NCBI GenBank assembly: GCA_031411095.1 | Contig: JANOAK010000006.1 | Coordinates: 11,342 to 75,341, forward strand | DNA length: 64,000 nucleotides | Reading direction: 5' to 3' | Source: Flavobacteriales bacterium | Lineage (GTDB): Bacteria; Bacteroidota; Bacteroidia; Flavobacteriales_F; PHOS-HE28 | Part shown: positions 48,481-60,498 of the stretch, piece by piece | Layout of the letters: each line of letters starts with the position of its first letter | Numbering within the stretch: the stretch's first letter is position 1 | The notes under the pieces: model-generated | The model's input: only the letters and a program-made list of their open reading frames with translations | The model's database searches: none | What the model was told of the DNA's origin: nothing | Program-made: the position numbers and the translations under genes

Positions 48481-50763
48481 CTAATGGAGCACCACCAGTC
48501 GCTGACACCAGCGTTGCGTGCCCTCCGTTAACCGCACCAGGTAAGGTCCGGCGGCCATATCATGCGCGTCCAACTGATATTGCCTGCCCCCCATGCGGGT
48601 CGCCAGGATGATCCGTCCTTGTGCATCCAACAGTTCGAGACGCGTGTCCGGAGCAGGATCGCCGGAGAGCACCACGGTGGCCTGGTCCTGCGCAGGGTTG
48701 GGCAACAACTGGAACGCCTGTGCGGGATCCGTGTTCGCATGCCACGCTTCGCCCGACGCGAAGTCATTGCGCCAGAAGCTGAGCCCGCCGCGGTAGTTGC
48801 CGATCACCGCATCCAGGTACCCATCGCCGGTGTAGTCGTACAGGGCAACACCGGTCCGCATGCCTTCGCGCAGGCCCTGCCACGTGCTGTCCACCAGGTC
48901 CCACACGCCCGCCAGGTTGCCATTGATGTTGGTGTAGTGGTGGATCCACCCGCTCTCGCTGCCCACCACCAGTTCACGCTCCCCGGCATTGTTGGTGTAC
49001 ATGAAGGGCACGCTGTAGCCGGTGACGTTCCAATATTCAGCCACCTCCACGCCGCCTACTGAATCATTCTCCAGATGCCATACCGCAGAGGCGGTATTAC
49101 CGGTATTCCGGTAATAATTCAGGTTGCCGTTGCGTTCGCCGATCAGCAGGTCGGGAAGCAGGTCGCCATCCACATCGAACAGCTGGGGCGTGGCGAACTG
49201 GCCCACATCGATGATCTGCGATGCATCGTTCACCACCGTGGGCTCCTCCAGGATGAACTGCGCCACCGGTCCGCCCGAGATGTTCTTGTAATAATGCAGG
49301 CGGCCCTGCAGGTCGCCCACGTACATGTCCTTGTCGCCATCGCCGTCCATGTCGCCGAAGGCCGGGTGCATGGCATTACCGATACCGCTCGTGCTAAGGT
49401 CCATATAGTCCTCATCCACCAGGGTGAAGGCGGGTGCCGTGGCCGTTCCGGTATTGCGCAGCGCCGCCATCTTGCATGGGTAAAGACCGCTGGGGACGAA
49501 ATACCCGTAATTAGGTACGATCAGGTCCATCAGGCCATCTCCGTCGAGGTCGAAGGGGACGGGGTAGGCACCTTCTCCGAGGTCGAGCATTCGGTCCTGG
49601 AAAAGGTTCTCCTGTTGCCTGGCGAACACCGGCACCGCATCCGTGCCTTCATTGCGGTAGTGGTACACACTTTCGTAGTTCTCCGACAGCGAGGCATAGT
49701 TCGGCGTCACCACGAGGTCGCGCTTCCCATCGTTGTTCACGTCCTCATAGTAGGCGGCCGGAAAGACCTGCATGTCAACAGGCACATCATAGACCGGGAA
49801 GAGGCTGTCCTGCGCCACCATGTTCCCGTACTGGGGTGTTCCGCCATTGGTAAGGGCCACCAGGTTGGGGAAGATCACATCCCCCAGGATCAGTTCCTTG
49901 TCCCCATCGCCGTCCAGGTCGATGGGAAGTGATGCGCTTCCCGTGTGGGCCCGCTCACCTTCGGTCCCGCTCGATGGTCGATGGTGGGCGGCCCGGTCCG
50001 CCGATGTCAACCGCGCGATCTCCAAGGGGTATTCAGGATCGGGCACATTGAACTGGCAAGGATTGTTCAGTGTGACGGAGTTGTTGTTGAGGTTCTCACT
50101 GAAGAAGCCCCAGCATCGGTTGTGCACCTCGAACACGAGGCTGTCGGCATGGCCAAACAGTTCCATGCTCTGGTTCTGATGATACTCCACGAAATTGCCG
50201 AAGATGCTGAAGGTGATCACGTCCAGGTCGCCATCGCCGTCGATGTCCTCAATACCGGGAATGTCCACTTGCGTGATGTACATGTTGGCATCCGTGGGGA
50301 TGTAATTGGAGCGGACGAGGGTGTCCACCAGTTCGAAGGAGAGGTTGCTGCCCACGCTGGTGTTCTTCCACACCCCCATGCCACCGAGCGTGGCGCTGAA
50401 AATGTCCTCCTTGCCGTCGCCGTTGTAATCGCGCATCAGCACCCAATCATGCAGCTCGTGGAACGGGTACACGTGGTCGTAAGCGTGGGTGAAGGTGTAG
50501 CTCACCTGCCCAACAATACCCTGGTTCAGGAGGGTCACCGCCTGGTTACCGGAACGGTCGAAGAGGAACAGGTCCTTTTGGCCATCGCCATTCAGGTCGA
50601 TGTCCGAGACCTGCGGAAAGTTGAGGCCCCCGGCCCAGCCCATGGGCAACGCATTCCCGTTCCGGATCATGGGCACCCCAGGGTGGAAGGTCAGATCGAC
50701 CTGGCCGACGACGGGACAGGAGAGGAGGAACAAGGCAACGGACAGGAGGACAGGTGATCGCAT
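48481..50763 (-). CDS. FG-GAP/VCBS repeat protein with T9SS type A CTD
   Basis: Many D.(N/D)GDG..DL Ca-binding repeats; GWAGGLN; LLPNPA...AGPYLVRL...QRLVV. Confidence 0.85.
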   Translation of the reverse strand: MRSPVLLSVALFLLSCPVVGQVDLTFHPGVPMIRNGNALPMGWAGGLNFPQVSDIDLNGDGQKDLFLFDRSGNQAVTLLNQGIVGQVSYTFTHAYDHVYPFHELHDWVLMRDYNGDGKEDIFSATLGGMGVWKNTSVGSNLSFELVDTLVRSNYIPTDANMYITQVDIPGIEDIDGDGDLDVITFSIFGNFVEYHQNQSMELFGHADSLVFEVHNRCWGFFSENLNNNSVTLNNPCQFNVPDPEYPLEIARLTSADRAAHHRPSSGTEGERAHTGSASLPIDLDGDGDKELILGDVIFPNLVALTNGGTPQYGNMVAQDSLFPVYDVPVDMQVFPAAYYEDVNNDGKRDLVVTPNYASLSENYESVYHYRNEGTDAVPVFARQQENLFQDRMLDLGEGAYPVPFDLDGDGLMDLIVPNYGYFVPSGLYPCKMAALRNTGTATAPAFTLVDEDYMDLSTSGIGNAMHPAFGDMDGDGDKDMYVGDLQGRLHYYKNISGGPVAQFILEEPTVVNDASQIIDVGQFATPQLFDVDGDLLPDLLIGERNGNLNYYRNTGNTASAVWHLENDSVGGVEVAEYWNVTGYSVPFMYTNNAGERELVVGSESGWIHHYTNINGNLAGVWDLVDSTWQGLREGMRTGVALYDYTGDGYLDAVIGNYRGGLSFWRNDFASGEAWHANTDPAQAFQLLPNPAQDQATVVLSGDPAPDTRLELLDAQGRIILATRMGGRQYQLDAHDMAAGPYLVRLTEGTQRWCQRLVVLH

Positions 50764-50905
50764 GAAAAAAGCAGGACGGCCGGAAAAACGGGCCGTTGAA
50801 CAAATGTACCGGGCCGTAAGCGAGGGAAGACACGCTACAACGCCTTGTTCTTCACCATTCTGGGTCGGATGAAGGGGGAGACCCCGGGCGGATGGGGCTT
50901 CCTTC

Positions 50906-50913
50906 TATATTTG
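50906..50913 (+). promoter_or_regulatory. Bacteroidota sigma-A -7 element upstream of secDF
   Basis: TATATTTG is an exact match to the TAnnTTTG consensus. Confidence 0.65.
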
Positions 50914-50980
50914 CCGCCCCATTGCCTGGGCGGAGCATTCGCGCCGACCATGGCATTGCTTAGAAACCAACTCTTCCGTC

Positions 50981-53900
50981 ATGCAGAATCGTAGCGCGCT
51001 GTGGGTGTTCACCATCCTTCTGGCGGTCGCATGTTTGTGGCAATTGTCCTTCTCCGTCTTTACCAACCGCTTCGAGGCCAAAGCCGCCAAGGAGGCCAAT
51101 TTCATGGCCGATTCGGTGCTCGCCATCGGCGGCAGCGGATCGTTGGACCGCGACTCGGTGGTGCTCGCCATGGAGAACAAGTACCTCCGCGACCACAACG
51201 ATGACGTGATCTATCCGGTGACCGGTTACACCTATAAGGAGTGTAAGGAGCGCGAGATCAACCAGGGTCTCGACCTCAAGGGTGGCATGGCCGTTACCCT
51301 GGAGGTGAGCATCCCCGAACTGGTGGTGAACCTCGCCGGCAACAGCAAGGACGAGGCCTTCCAAAAGGCCATCGCCGATGCCCGTGCGCTGCAGCGCTCC
51401 CGCAATGACGATTTCATCACCCTCTTCGATGAGTCCTTCCGCAAGGCCGCACCGAACGGAAGCCTCGCCGCCATCTTCAGCTCGCAGGACAACGCGGCCA
51501 TGTTCCCCCGCGAGAGCACCAACGAGCAGGTGGTAGCCGCCCTCCGCAACCAGGCCCAGATCGCCCTGAACAACACGGAGAAGATCCTCCGCACCCGTAT
51601 CGACAAGTTCGGTGTGGCACAACCCAGCATCCAGAAGCTCGCCCTCAGCGGCCGCATCCAGATCGAGCTGCCCGGTGTGAAGGATAAGGAGCGTGTTCGC
51701 AAGTTCCTGCAGAGCACCGCCAACCTCGAGTTCTATGAGACCTTCAACATGAAGGACATGGCCGAGCAGTTCAACGAGGCCAACACCAAGGCCGCCGCCC
51801 TCCTCTTCCCCGAGATGGCCCGCCGCGACAGCATGCGCATGGACAGCATCAAGCTGGCCACCGCAACAGTGGACAGCTTGAAGAGTTCCATCATGGCGAA
51901 CACCGCGATGGACAGCCTGGGCCGCAAGGCCATGGTGGATTCTCTGGTGGCCGCTGACAGCACACGCGCCGCCGATAACCCGGTGGATTCGCTGGCCGCA
52001 CAGGCCGAGCAGGAGAAGCGCTCACCCCTCTTCGGTCCCGGCCGCATCATGGGTAACCCATACGCTGGCAATGGACAGCAGCATGTGGATGTGATCGGCT
52101 ACTGCCGCCCCTCGGACACCGCCCGCGTGAACGTGCTCCTCGCCCGCACCGGCATGCGCAGCCCCGACCCCAGCTTCGGTATGAAGCTCGCGTGGGACTC
52201 CAAGCCCATGCAGGTGGATTACACCGTGAACCCCGGCAAGTACTTGGCCCTGCGCGCCCTCAAGGTGCCCCGCGATGGCAAGCCCCGCATCGATGGCGCT
52301 TACATCATTGATGCCTCCCAGGACTTCGATCCCATGAAGGGCGATCCCGTGGTGAGCATGCAGATGAACCAGGAAGGTGCGCTCATCTGGAAGCAGATGA
52401 CCGAGGAGAACGTGGGCAAGAACATCGCCGTGACCCTCGACGGGCTGGTGGCCAGCTCACCCACCATCATCGAGCCCATCCCCAATGGCAGCAGCCGCAT
52501 CACCCTCGGTTCCGGCGACAAGGGCAAAATGCTCGAGGAGGCCACCGACCTGGCCAACATCCTGAAGGCCGGTGCGTTGCCCGCACCTGCGCGGATCATC
52601 GACGAGACCGTTGTGGGTCCGTCACTCGGCGCCGAGAACATCCGCCAGGGCCTCATCTCCTTCGCTGTGGCCATGTTGCTGGTGATGATCTTCATGGTCG
52701 TTTACTACAACGGTTCGGGCTGGATCGCCAACATCGCCCTGATCGCCAACGTGTTCGTGCTGCTGGGCACGCTCGCATCGCTGCAAGCCTCGCTCACCCT
52801 GCCCGGCATCGCCGGTATCGTGCTCACCGTGGGTATGGCGGTGGATGCGAACGTGCTGATCAACGAGCGCATCCGCGAGGAACTGCGCCACGGAAAAGCC
52901 CTGAAGACGGCGATCGACCTGGGCTACAAGCATGCCATGAGCGCCATCATCGACGCCAACGTCACGCACCTCATGGCCGCCATCATCCTGATCATCTTCG
53001 GCACGGGCCCCATCAAGAGCTTCGGGGTCACCTTGGCGCTCGGTATCATCACGTCGTTGTTCACGGCCATCTTCATCAGCCGCCTGATCATCACCCGTCG
53101 CCTGGAGAAGGGCAAGTCGCTCACCTTCTGGCACAGTTGGAACAAGGACATCTTCGCTCATGCGAACTACAACTTCATGGGTCGTCGCAAGGTGTTCTAT
53201 GCGGTCTCCAGCGTCATCATCATCGCGGGCTTCATCAGCATGTTCACCAACGGGTTCAACCAGGGCGTTGACTTCAGTGGTGGTCGCCAGTATGTGGTGA
53301 AGTTCGATAAGCCGATGGAGGCCGAGGAGGTGAAGGCCTCCCTGGAGGAGGTGTTCGAGGAGAACGGTGTGGCCAGCGGTGTGGGGGTGAAGACATACGG
53401 TGGCAGCAGCCAGCTGATGATCACCACCAACTACATGGTGAACAGCACGGAGGTGAGCACCGACAAGCTCGTGGAGGACAAGTTGCACGAAGGCCTTGCG
53501 CCATTGTCCACCGACCACCACATCATCGCTTCCCGCAAGGTGGATCCCACCATCAGCGACGACATCCGAACCTCGGCCTGGTGGGCCGTGGGCATGGCGC
53601 TGTTCTGCATTTTCATCTACATCGCCATCCGCTTCCGCACCTGGCAGTTCGGCCTGGGCGCGCTCCTCTCGCTGGCCCACGATGCGCTGATCGTGGTCGG
53701 CCTCTACTCACTGCTCTGGAAGATCATGCCGTTCCCGCTGGAGATCGATGAGAACTTCATCGCCGCGATCCTGACGGTGATCGGCTATTCCATCAATGAT
53801 ACCGTGGTCGTGTTCGACCGCATCCGCGAATACCTGCAGGATCACAAGCGGGAGCCATGGGCGGTGGTCTTCAACAAGGCCATCAACTCCACCCTGGGCC

Positions 53901-54112
53901 GTACGATCAACACCTCGGTAACGGTGCTGCTCGTATTGCTCGTGATCTTCCTCCTTGGTGGCATCACCATCAAGGGCTTCGTGTTCGCCATGCTCGTGGG
54001 TATCGCCGTGGGTACCTACTCCTCGATCTTCATCGCCAGCGCGGTGGTGGTGGATCTGCACAAGGACACCGTGCCGGAAGGCGCACCGGCGAAGGCGGCC
54101 CTGGCCTCCTGA
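50981..54112 (+). CDS. secDF: Protein translocase subunit SecDF (fused)
   Basis: GLDLKGG, RIDKFGVAQP, GMAVDANVLINERIREE, GVDFSGG and GYSINDTVVVFDRIRE motifs. Confidence 0.95.
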   Translation: MQNRSALWVFTILLAVACLWQLSFSVFTNRFEAKAAKEANFMADSVLAIGGSGSLDRDSVVLAMENKYLRDHNDDVIYPVTGYTYKECKEREINQGLDLKGGMAVTLEVSIPELVVNLAGNSKDEAFQKAIADARALQRSRNDDFITLFDESFRKAAPNGSLAAIFSSQDNAAMFPRESTNEQVVAALRNQAQIALNNTEKILRTRIDKFGVAQPSIQKLALSGRIQIELPGVKDKERVRKFLQSTANLEFYETFNMKDMAEQFNEANTKAAALLFPEMARRDSMRMDSIKLATATVDSLKSSIMANTAMDSLGRKAMVDSLVAADSTRAADNPVDSLAAQAEQEKRSPLFGPGRIMGNPYAGNGQQHVDVIGYCRPSDTARVNVLLARTGMRSPDPSFGMKLAWDSKPMQVDYTVNPGKYLALRALKVPRDGKPRIDGAYIIDASQDFDPMKGDPVVSMQMNQEGALIWKQMTEENVGKNIAVTLDGLVASSPTIIEPIPNGSSRITLGSGDKGKMLEEATDLANILKAGALPAPARIIDETVVGPSLGAENIRQGLISFAVAMLLVMIFMVVYYNGSGWIANIALIANVFVLLGTLASLQASLTLPGIAGIVLTVGMAVDANVLINERIREELRHGKALKTAIDLGYKHAMSAIIDANVTHLMAAIILIIFGTGPIKSFGVTLALGIITSLFTAIFISRLIITRRLEKGKSLTFWHSWNKDIFAHANYNFMGRRKVFYAVSSVIIIAGFISMFTNGFNQGVDFSGGRQYVVKFDKPMEAEEVKASLEEVFEENGVASGVGVKTYGGSSQLMITTNYMVNSTEVSTDKLVEDKLHEGLAPLSTDHHIIASRKVDPTISDDIRTSAWWAVGMALFCIFIYIAIRFRTWQFGLGALLSLAHDALIVVGLYSLLWKIMPFPLEIDENFIAAILTVIGYSINDTVVVFDRIREYLQDHKREPWAVVFNKAINSTLGRTINTSVTVLLVLLVIFLLGGITIKGFVFAMLVGIAVGTYSSIFIASAVVVDLHKDTVPEGAPAKAALAS

Positions 54113-54131
54113 ACGATCCCCTGATCTGAAT

Positions 54132-54157
54132 GGAACGGCGCCCAACGGCGCCGTTCC
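54132..54157 (+). terminator. Hairpin after secDF (probable terminator)
   Basis: GGAACGGCGCC-CAAC-GGCGCCGTTCC; weak U tract. Confidence 0.5.
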
Positions 54158-54193
54158 GCGTTCCAAGGAGATGCCTCGTCCTACCTTCGCACC

Positions 54194-54559
54194 GTGTTAC
54201 TGATCTTCGATATCAGCGGCGGCGAGTTGCTCCTCATCATGGTGGTGATCCTGCTCTTCTTCGGAAGCGAGGGCATTCCCGGCATTGCGCGCACCATGGG
54301 CCGCATCATGCGCCAGGTGCGCGATGCCAGTGCCGAGGTGCAGCGCGAGATACAGAAAGGCGCCACCGATGTGGATAAGGCCTATCAGCAGCAGAAACGC
54401 ACGTTCATCCCGGAGGAAGCCCCCACGCCGGTGCGTACACCGCCAACCGCTCCACCCGAGGCCACCATCGTCCCTGCGATGGAAAAGCCCGTGCCGGAAG
54501 CCACCGAGGAGCTACCCGGTCCTCCCGGTTCGATCCCCCTGAAGGACGGCGCCAACTGA
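54194..54559 (+). CDS. Twin-arginine translocase TatA/TatB family subunit
   Basis: ISGGELLLIMVVILLFFG, amphipathic helix and Pro-rich tail; GTG start. Confidence 0.8.
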   Translation: MLLIFDISGGELLLIMVVILLFFGSEGIPGIARTMGRIMRQVRDASAEVQREIQKGATDVDKAYQQQKRTFIPEEAPTPVRTPPTAPPEATIVPAMEKPVPEATEELPGPPGSIPLKDGAN

Positions 54560-54780
54560 GCGCGGTCCCGCACGCCTGGCCTGGTCGATCGATCCGGCAG
54601 ACGCTCCATCCGATCAACCGCCTTCGGCGCAGGTGACCTGTGATGCACTGCATTCGGATGGTCCGGAGGCGTCCGGCCGAACAAGGCCATATATCGATGT
54701 TTCTGGAAAAGCCCCCCCCAAAATAGGAGGGGGTGTGGAAAAGGGATCATATGTTTCTTTACAAGTACCCCCTGAAAAAG

Positions 54781-54788
54781 TACCTTCG
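54781..54788 (+). promoter_or_regulatory. Putative -7 promoter element for glnA
   Basis: TACCTTCG; the same octamer precedes gyrB (25305) and tatA (54182). Confidence 0.55.
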
Positions 54789-54811
54789 CGGCCAGAAAAC
54801 ACCCAAATTCC

Positions 54812-57004
<2,193 letters not shown>

Positions 57005-57022
57005 GATCCCTCGAATTGAACG

Positions 57023-57057
57023 AACACGGCCCGTCTGAACGACGGGCCGTGTTTTTT
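57023..57057 (+). terminator. Intrinsic terminator after glnA
   Basis: AACACGGCCCGTC-TGAAC-GACGGGCCGTGTT followed by a T run. Confidence 0.85.
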
Positions 57058-57175
57058 CCCACCCCTGCCGGGTCACCTTCGGCCGTTCGGCACATACATG
57101 CACGAAAGACCGGGTTCGGATCGCGGATTCGTTTATTTTCGCCCGGCCCCACACAAACCTGAAACGACACCGATC

Positions 57176-59188
57176 ATGATGAGCATGAGGAAGACACTGG
57201 CCTGCATTTCCTTCACGTTGTTCTGCACCACGCTGGTGCTGGCACAGGGAAAGCAGTCCGTAGAGGCGGACGACGCGTTCAAGGCGGGGCAGTACTTCAA
57301 CGCCATCGAGATGTACAAGAAGGCCTACACGCTGGAGAAGAAGGCCAGCGACAAGGCCGCCCTCATCTTCAAGGTGGGCGAGTGCTACCGGGCCCTCGGC
57401 GATGCTGCCAATGCCCAGGTGTGGTACGAGAAGGCCAACAAAGCACAGTACACCGACCCCATCACGTACTACTACATCGGTGAGGCGCTGAAGGAGCAGG
57501 GCAAATACGCCGAGGCCATCGCCGCCTACAACAAGTACAAGGAGAAGAACCCCGGTGACACGCGCGCCGATGCCAGCCTGGCCAGCAGCCAGATGGCCCA
57601 GACCTGGAAGGATCAGGCCAGCCGGTACACCGTTGACCCTGAAGTGCTCCTGAACTCCCCCCAGTACGACTTCAGCACATCCTTCGCGAGCAAGAAGAAC
57701 GACGAAGTGGTCTTCGCCAGCAGCCGCACGGCCGCCACCGGCACCGAGACCGACGGCATCGCCGGCGAGAGCTTCCTGGACCTCTTCACCAGCAGCCGCG
57801 ACAAGCTCGGCAAGTGGAGCGAGCCCGTGAAACTGCCCCCCACGGTGAACAGCGCCGCCCACGAGGGCAGCCCCACCTTCAACTCCAAGCGCACCGTGAT
57901 GTACTTCACCCGCTGCGAGCATGAGAAGAAGAAGGCCTACGGCTGCGAGATCTGGATGAGCAAGAAGGTGGGCAGCAACTTCAGCGAGAGCGAGATGCTC
58001 GTGCTCCATGCCCCGCTCGAGAAGAACGATTCCAACCAGGTGAAACTGGGTCAGCCCACGCTGAGCAAGGATGATGGACTGCTCGTTTTCTCCAGCAACC
58101 AAAAGGGTGGTCGCGGTGGCAAGGACCTGTGGATGATCAAACTCGACAAGGACGGCAAGCCCTCGGGCAACCCGACCAACCTGGGCAGCGAGATCAATAC
58201 GCCCAAGGACGATATGTTCCCCTTCCTGCGCAACAACGGCAATCTCTACTTCAGCAGCGACGGGCATCCGGGCATGGGCGGAATGGACATCTTCTCCGCA
58301 GAGAAGACCGGCGACAATGCCTGGGGACACTTGGACAACATGAAGAGCCCCATCAACAGCAGCGGAGACGATTTCAGCATCATCTTCGACGGTGATGAGG
58401 AGAAAGGATACTTCACCAGCAACCGCCCAGGTGGCAAGGGGCAGGATGATATCTGGCGCTTCATGATGCCGAACCTCGTGTTCGCATTGCAGGGCACCGT
58501 GTACGACAAGCTCACGGGCCAGCCCCTCCCCGACGCGAAAGTGGAGGTGGTGGGCACCGACGGCAGCAACTTCAGCGCCATGGCCGATGGCAATGGTGGC
58601 TTCAACTTCGCCGAGAAGGGCAAGGAGCGCTACATCCAGGAGAACACCTCCTACACCATCCGCGCCAGCAAGGAGAACTACCTCGTGGTGAACGACCAGA
58701 TCACCACCGTGGGCCTCGCCGAGAGCACCACCTTCGCCAAGGAATACTACCTGCAGCCCGCCAGCAAGGATGTGGTGATCAAATTGCCTGAGGTGCAGTA
58801 TGACCTCGGAAGCGCGCTGCTCCGTCCCGAAGGCAAGGATTCCTTGGAAACCCTGTACCAGACCATGGTCGAGAACCCCACGATCATCATCGAACTCTCG
58901 GCGCACACGGACAGCCGCGATACCGACAAACGTAACATGGTGCTGAGCCAGAACCGCGCGCAGAGCTGCGTGAACTACCTCGTGAGCAAGGGCATCGACC
59001 CGGTGCGCATGGTGGCCAAAGGCTATGGTGAGACCATGCTCCGCATCACGGACGCGGAGATCGCCAAGATGGCCACCAAGGAGGAGAAGGAGGCAGCCCA
59101 CCAGAAGAACCGCCGTACCGAATTCCGGGTACTGAGCTTCGACTACGTACCCAAGGAAGGCACACCCCCCGCCCCCCAACAGAACTAG
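57176..59188 (+). CDS. TPR-PD40-carboxypeptidase-regulatory-OmpA_C protein (PorE-like peptidoglycan-binding)
   Basis: N-terminal TPRs; PD40 repeats (FSSNQKGGRGGKDLW, FSSDGHPGMGGMDIF); OmpA-C ELSAHTDSR...LSQNRA...KGYGE...NRRTEF. Confidence 0.88.
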   Translation: MMSMRKTLACISFTLFCTTLVLAQGKQSVEADDAFKAGQYFNAIEMYKKAYTLEKKASDKAALIFKVGECYRALGDAANAQVWYEKANKAQYTDPITYYYIGEALKEQGKYAEAIAAYNKYKEKNPGDTRADASLASSQMAQTWKDQASRYTVDPEVLLNSPQYDFSTSFASKKNDEVVFASSRTAATGTETDGIAGESFLDLFTSSRDKLGKWSEPVKLPPTVNSAAHEGSPTFNSKRTVMYFTRCEHEKKKAYGCEIWMSKKVGSNFSESEMLVLHAPLEKNDSNQVKLGQPTLSKDDGLLVFSSNQKGGRGGKDLWMIKLDKDGKPSGNPTNLGSEINTPKDDMFPFLRNNGNLYFSSDGHPGMGGMDIFSAEKTGDNAWGHLDNMKSPINSSGDDFSIIFDGDEEKGYFTSNRPGGKGQDDIWRFMMPNLVFALQGTVYDKLTGQPLPDAKVEVVGTDGSNFSAMADGNGGFNFAEKGKERYIQENTSYTIRASKENYLVVNDQITTVGLAESTTFAKEYYLQPASKDVVIKLPEVQYDLGSALLRPEGKDSLETLYQTMVENPTIIIELSAHTDSRDTDKRNMVLSQNRAQSCVNYLVSKGIDPVRMVAKGYGETMLRITDAEIAKMATKEEKEAAHQKNRRTEFRVLSFDYVPKEGTPPAPQQN

Positions 59189-59200
59189 TGATACCCCTTC

Positions 59201-59240
59201 GAAAAGAGCATCCCGGTCCATCGGGGTGCTCTTTTCATTT
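59201..59240 (+). terminator. Intrinsic terminator after the OmpA-family gene
   Basis: GAAAAGAGCATCCCG...CGGGGTGCTCTTTTC followed by ATTT. Confidence 0.75.
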
Positions 59241-59246
59241 CCACCC

Positions 59247-60419
59247 ATGAACCCAGAGGACCGGTACGCCCAGCGCGGTGTGAGCAGCGGCAAGGAGGAT
59301 GTGCACAAGGCCATCGCCTCGCTCAGCAAAGGCCTGTATCCAAAAGCCTTCTGCAAGGTGGTGGCCGATGAGCTCACCGGTAGCCCCGACCATTGCCTGG
59401 TGATGCATGCCGATGGCGCCGGAACGAAAAGCGCGTTGGCCTACGCCTACTGGAAGGAGACCGGCGACATCAGCGTATGGCATGGCATTGCGCAGGACGC
59501 CGTGGTGATGAACCTCGACGACCTGCTCTGCGTTGGTGCCACCGACAACATCCTGCTCAGCAGCACCATCGGACGCAACAAGCGCCTGATCCCCGGCGAG
59601 GTGATCACGGCGCTGCTCGAGGGCACCGAGCGCTTTCTGGAGAGCATGCGGGCGTTGGGCATTGGCATCCGCAGCACGGGTGGCGAAACGGCGGACGTAG
59701 GCGACCTGGTGCGCACCGTGATCGTGGACAGCACCGTCGTGGCCCGCATGAAGCGCAGTGACGTGATCGACAACGCCCGCATCCAGGCCGGTGATGTGGT
59801 CGTGGGACTTGCCAGCTACGGCCAGGCCACCTACGAGAGCATGTACAACGCCGGTATGGGCAGCAATGGGCTCACCAGCGCACGCCATGATGTCTTCGCC
59901 AAGGCCCTGGCCACCACCTATCCGGAGACCTTCGATCCCGGCACACCCGCCGAGCTCGTCTACAGCGGCCAGGCGCGCCTGACCGATCCGCTCGAAGGCA
60001 CGCCGCTCGACTTCGGCAAGGCCGTGCTTTCGCCCACACGCACCTACGCACCTGTGATCCGGGAAGTGCTGGCGCGCATGCGCGGAGATGTGCATGGCAT
60101 GGTGCATTGCAGCGGCGGTGCACAAACGAAGGTGCTCCACTTCATCGAAGGCCTTCGTGTCACCAAGGACGACCTGTTCCCCGTGCCGCCGCTCTTCGCC
60201 GCCATCCACCGCATGTCGGGAACAGAATGGTCGGAGATGTACAAGGTCTTCAATTTGGGCCACCGTATGGAACTTTACGTGCCCGCACATCGTGCAGCGG
60301 AGATCATCGCCATAAGCAGCGCCTTCGGCATCGACGCCAAGGTCATCGGCCGCGTGGAAGCAGCTCCGGCGAAAGAGGTCGTCATTCAAGTTCCGCAAGG
60401 AGAATTCCGATACACATGA
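59247..60419 (+). CDS. purM: Phosphoribosylformylglycinamidine cyclo-ligase (Bacteroidota type)
   Basis: RGVSSGKEDVH, MHADGAGTKS, GGETADVGD, GMGSNGLTSARH and EMYKVFNLGHR motifs. Confidence 0.92.
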   Translation: MNPEDRYAQRGVSSGKEDVHKAIASLSKGLYPKAFCKVVADELTGSPDHCLVMHADGAGTKSALAYAYWKETGDISVWHGIAQDAVVMNLDDLLCVGATDNILLSSTIGRNKRLIPGEVITALLEGTERFLESMRALGIGIRSTGGETADVGDLVRTVIVDSTVVARMKRSDVIDNARIQAGDVVVGLASYGQATYESMYNAGMGSNGLTSARHDVFAKALATTYPETFDPGTPAELVYSGQARLTDPLEGTPLDFGKAVLSPTRTYAPVIREVLARMRGDVHGMVHCSGGAQTKVLHFIEGLRVTKDDLFPVPPLFAAIHRMSGTEWSEMYKVFNLGHRMELYVPAHRAAEIIAISSAFGIDAKVIGRVEAAPAKEVVIQVPQGEFRYT

Positions 60420-60459
60420 CCGTTACACACTTCAGTGATCGGGCAGTTGACCGCGGCCC

Positions 60460-60489
60460 CATCCGTGTTCATCCGTGTCCATCCGTGGT
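60460..60489. repeat. 10-nt tandem repeat (single arm) before prfA
   Basis: CATCCGTGTT CATCCGTGTC CATCCGTGGT. Confidence 0.6.
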
Positions 60490-60498
60490 TCTTCGAAA

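Noticed and set aside
50871-50905. Imperfect hairpin upstream of secDF as a possible riboswitch
   Set aside because: It lies upstream of the predicted -7 box and matches no aptamer I recognise.
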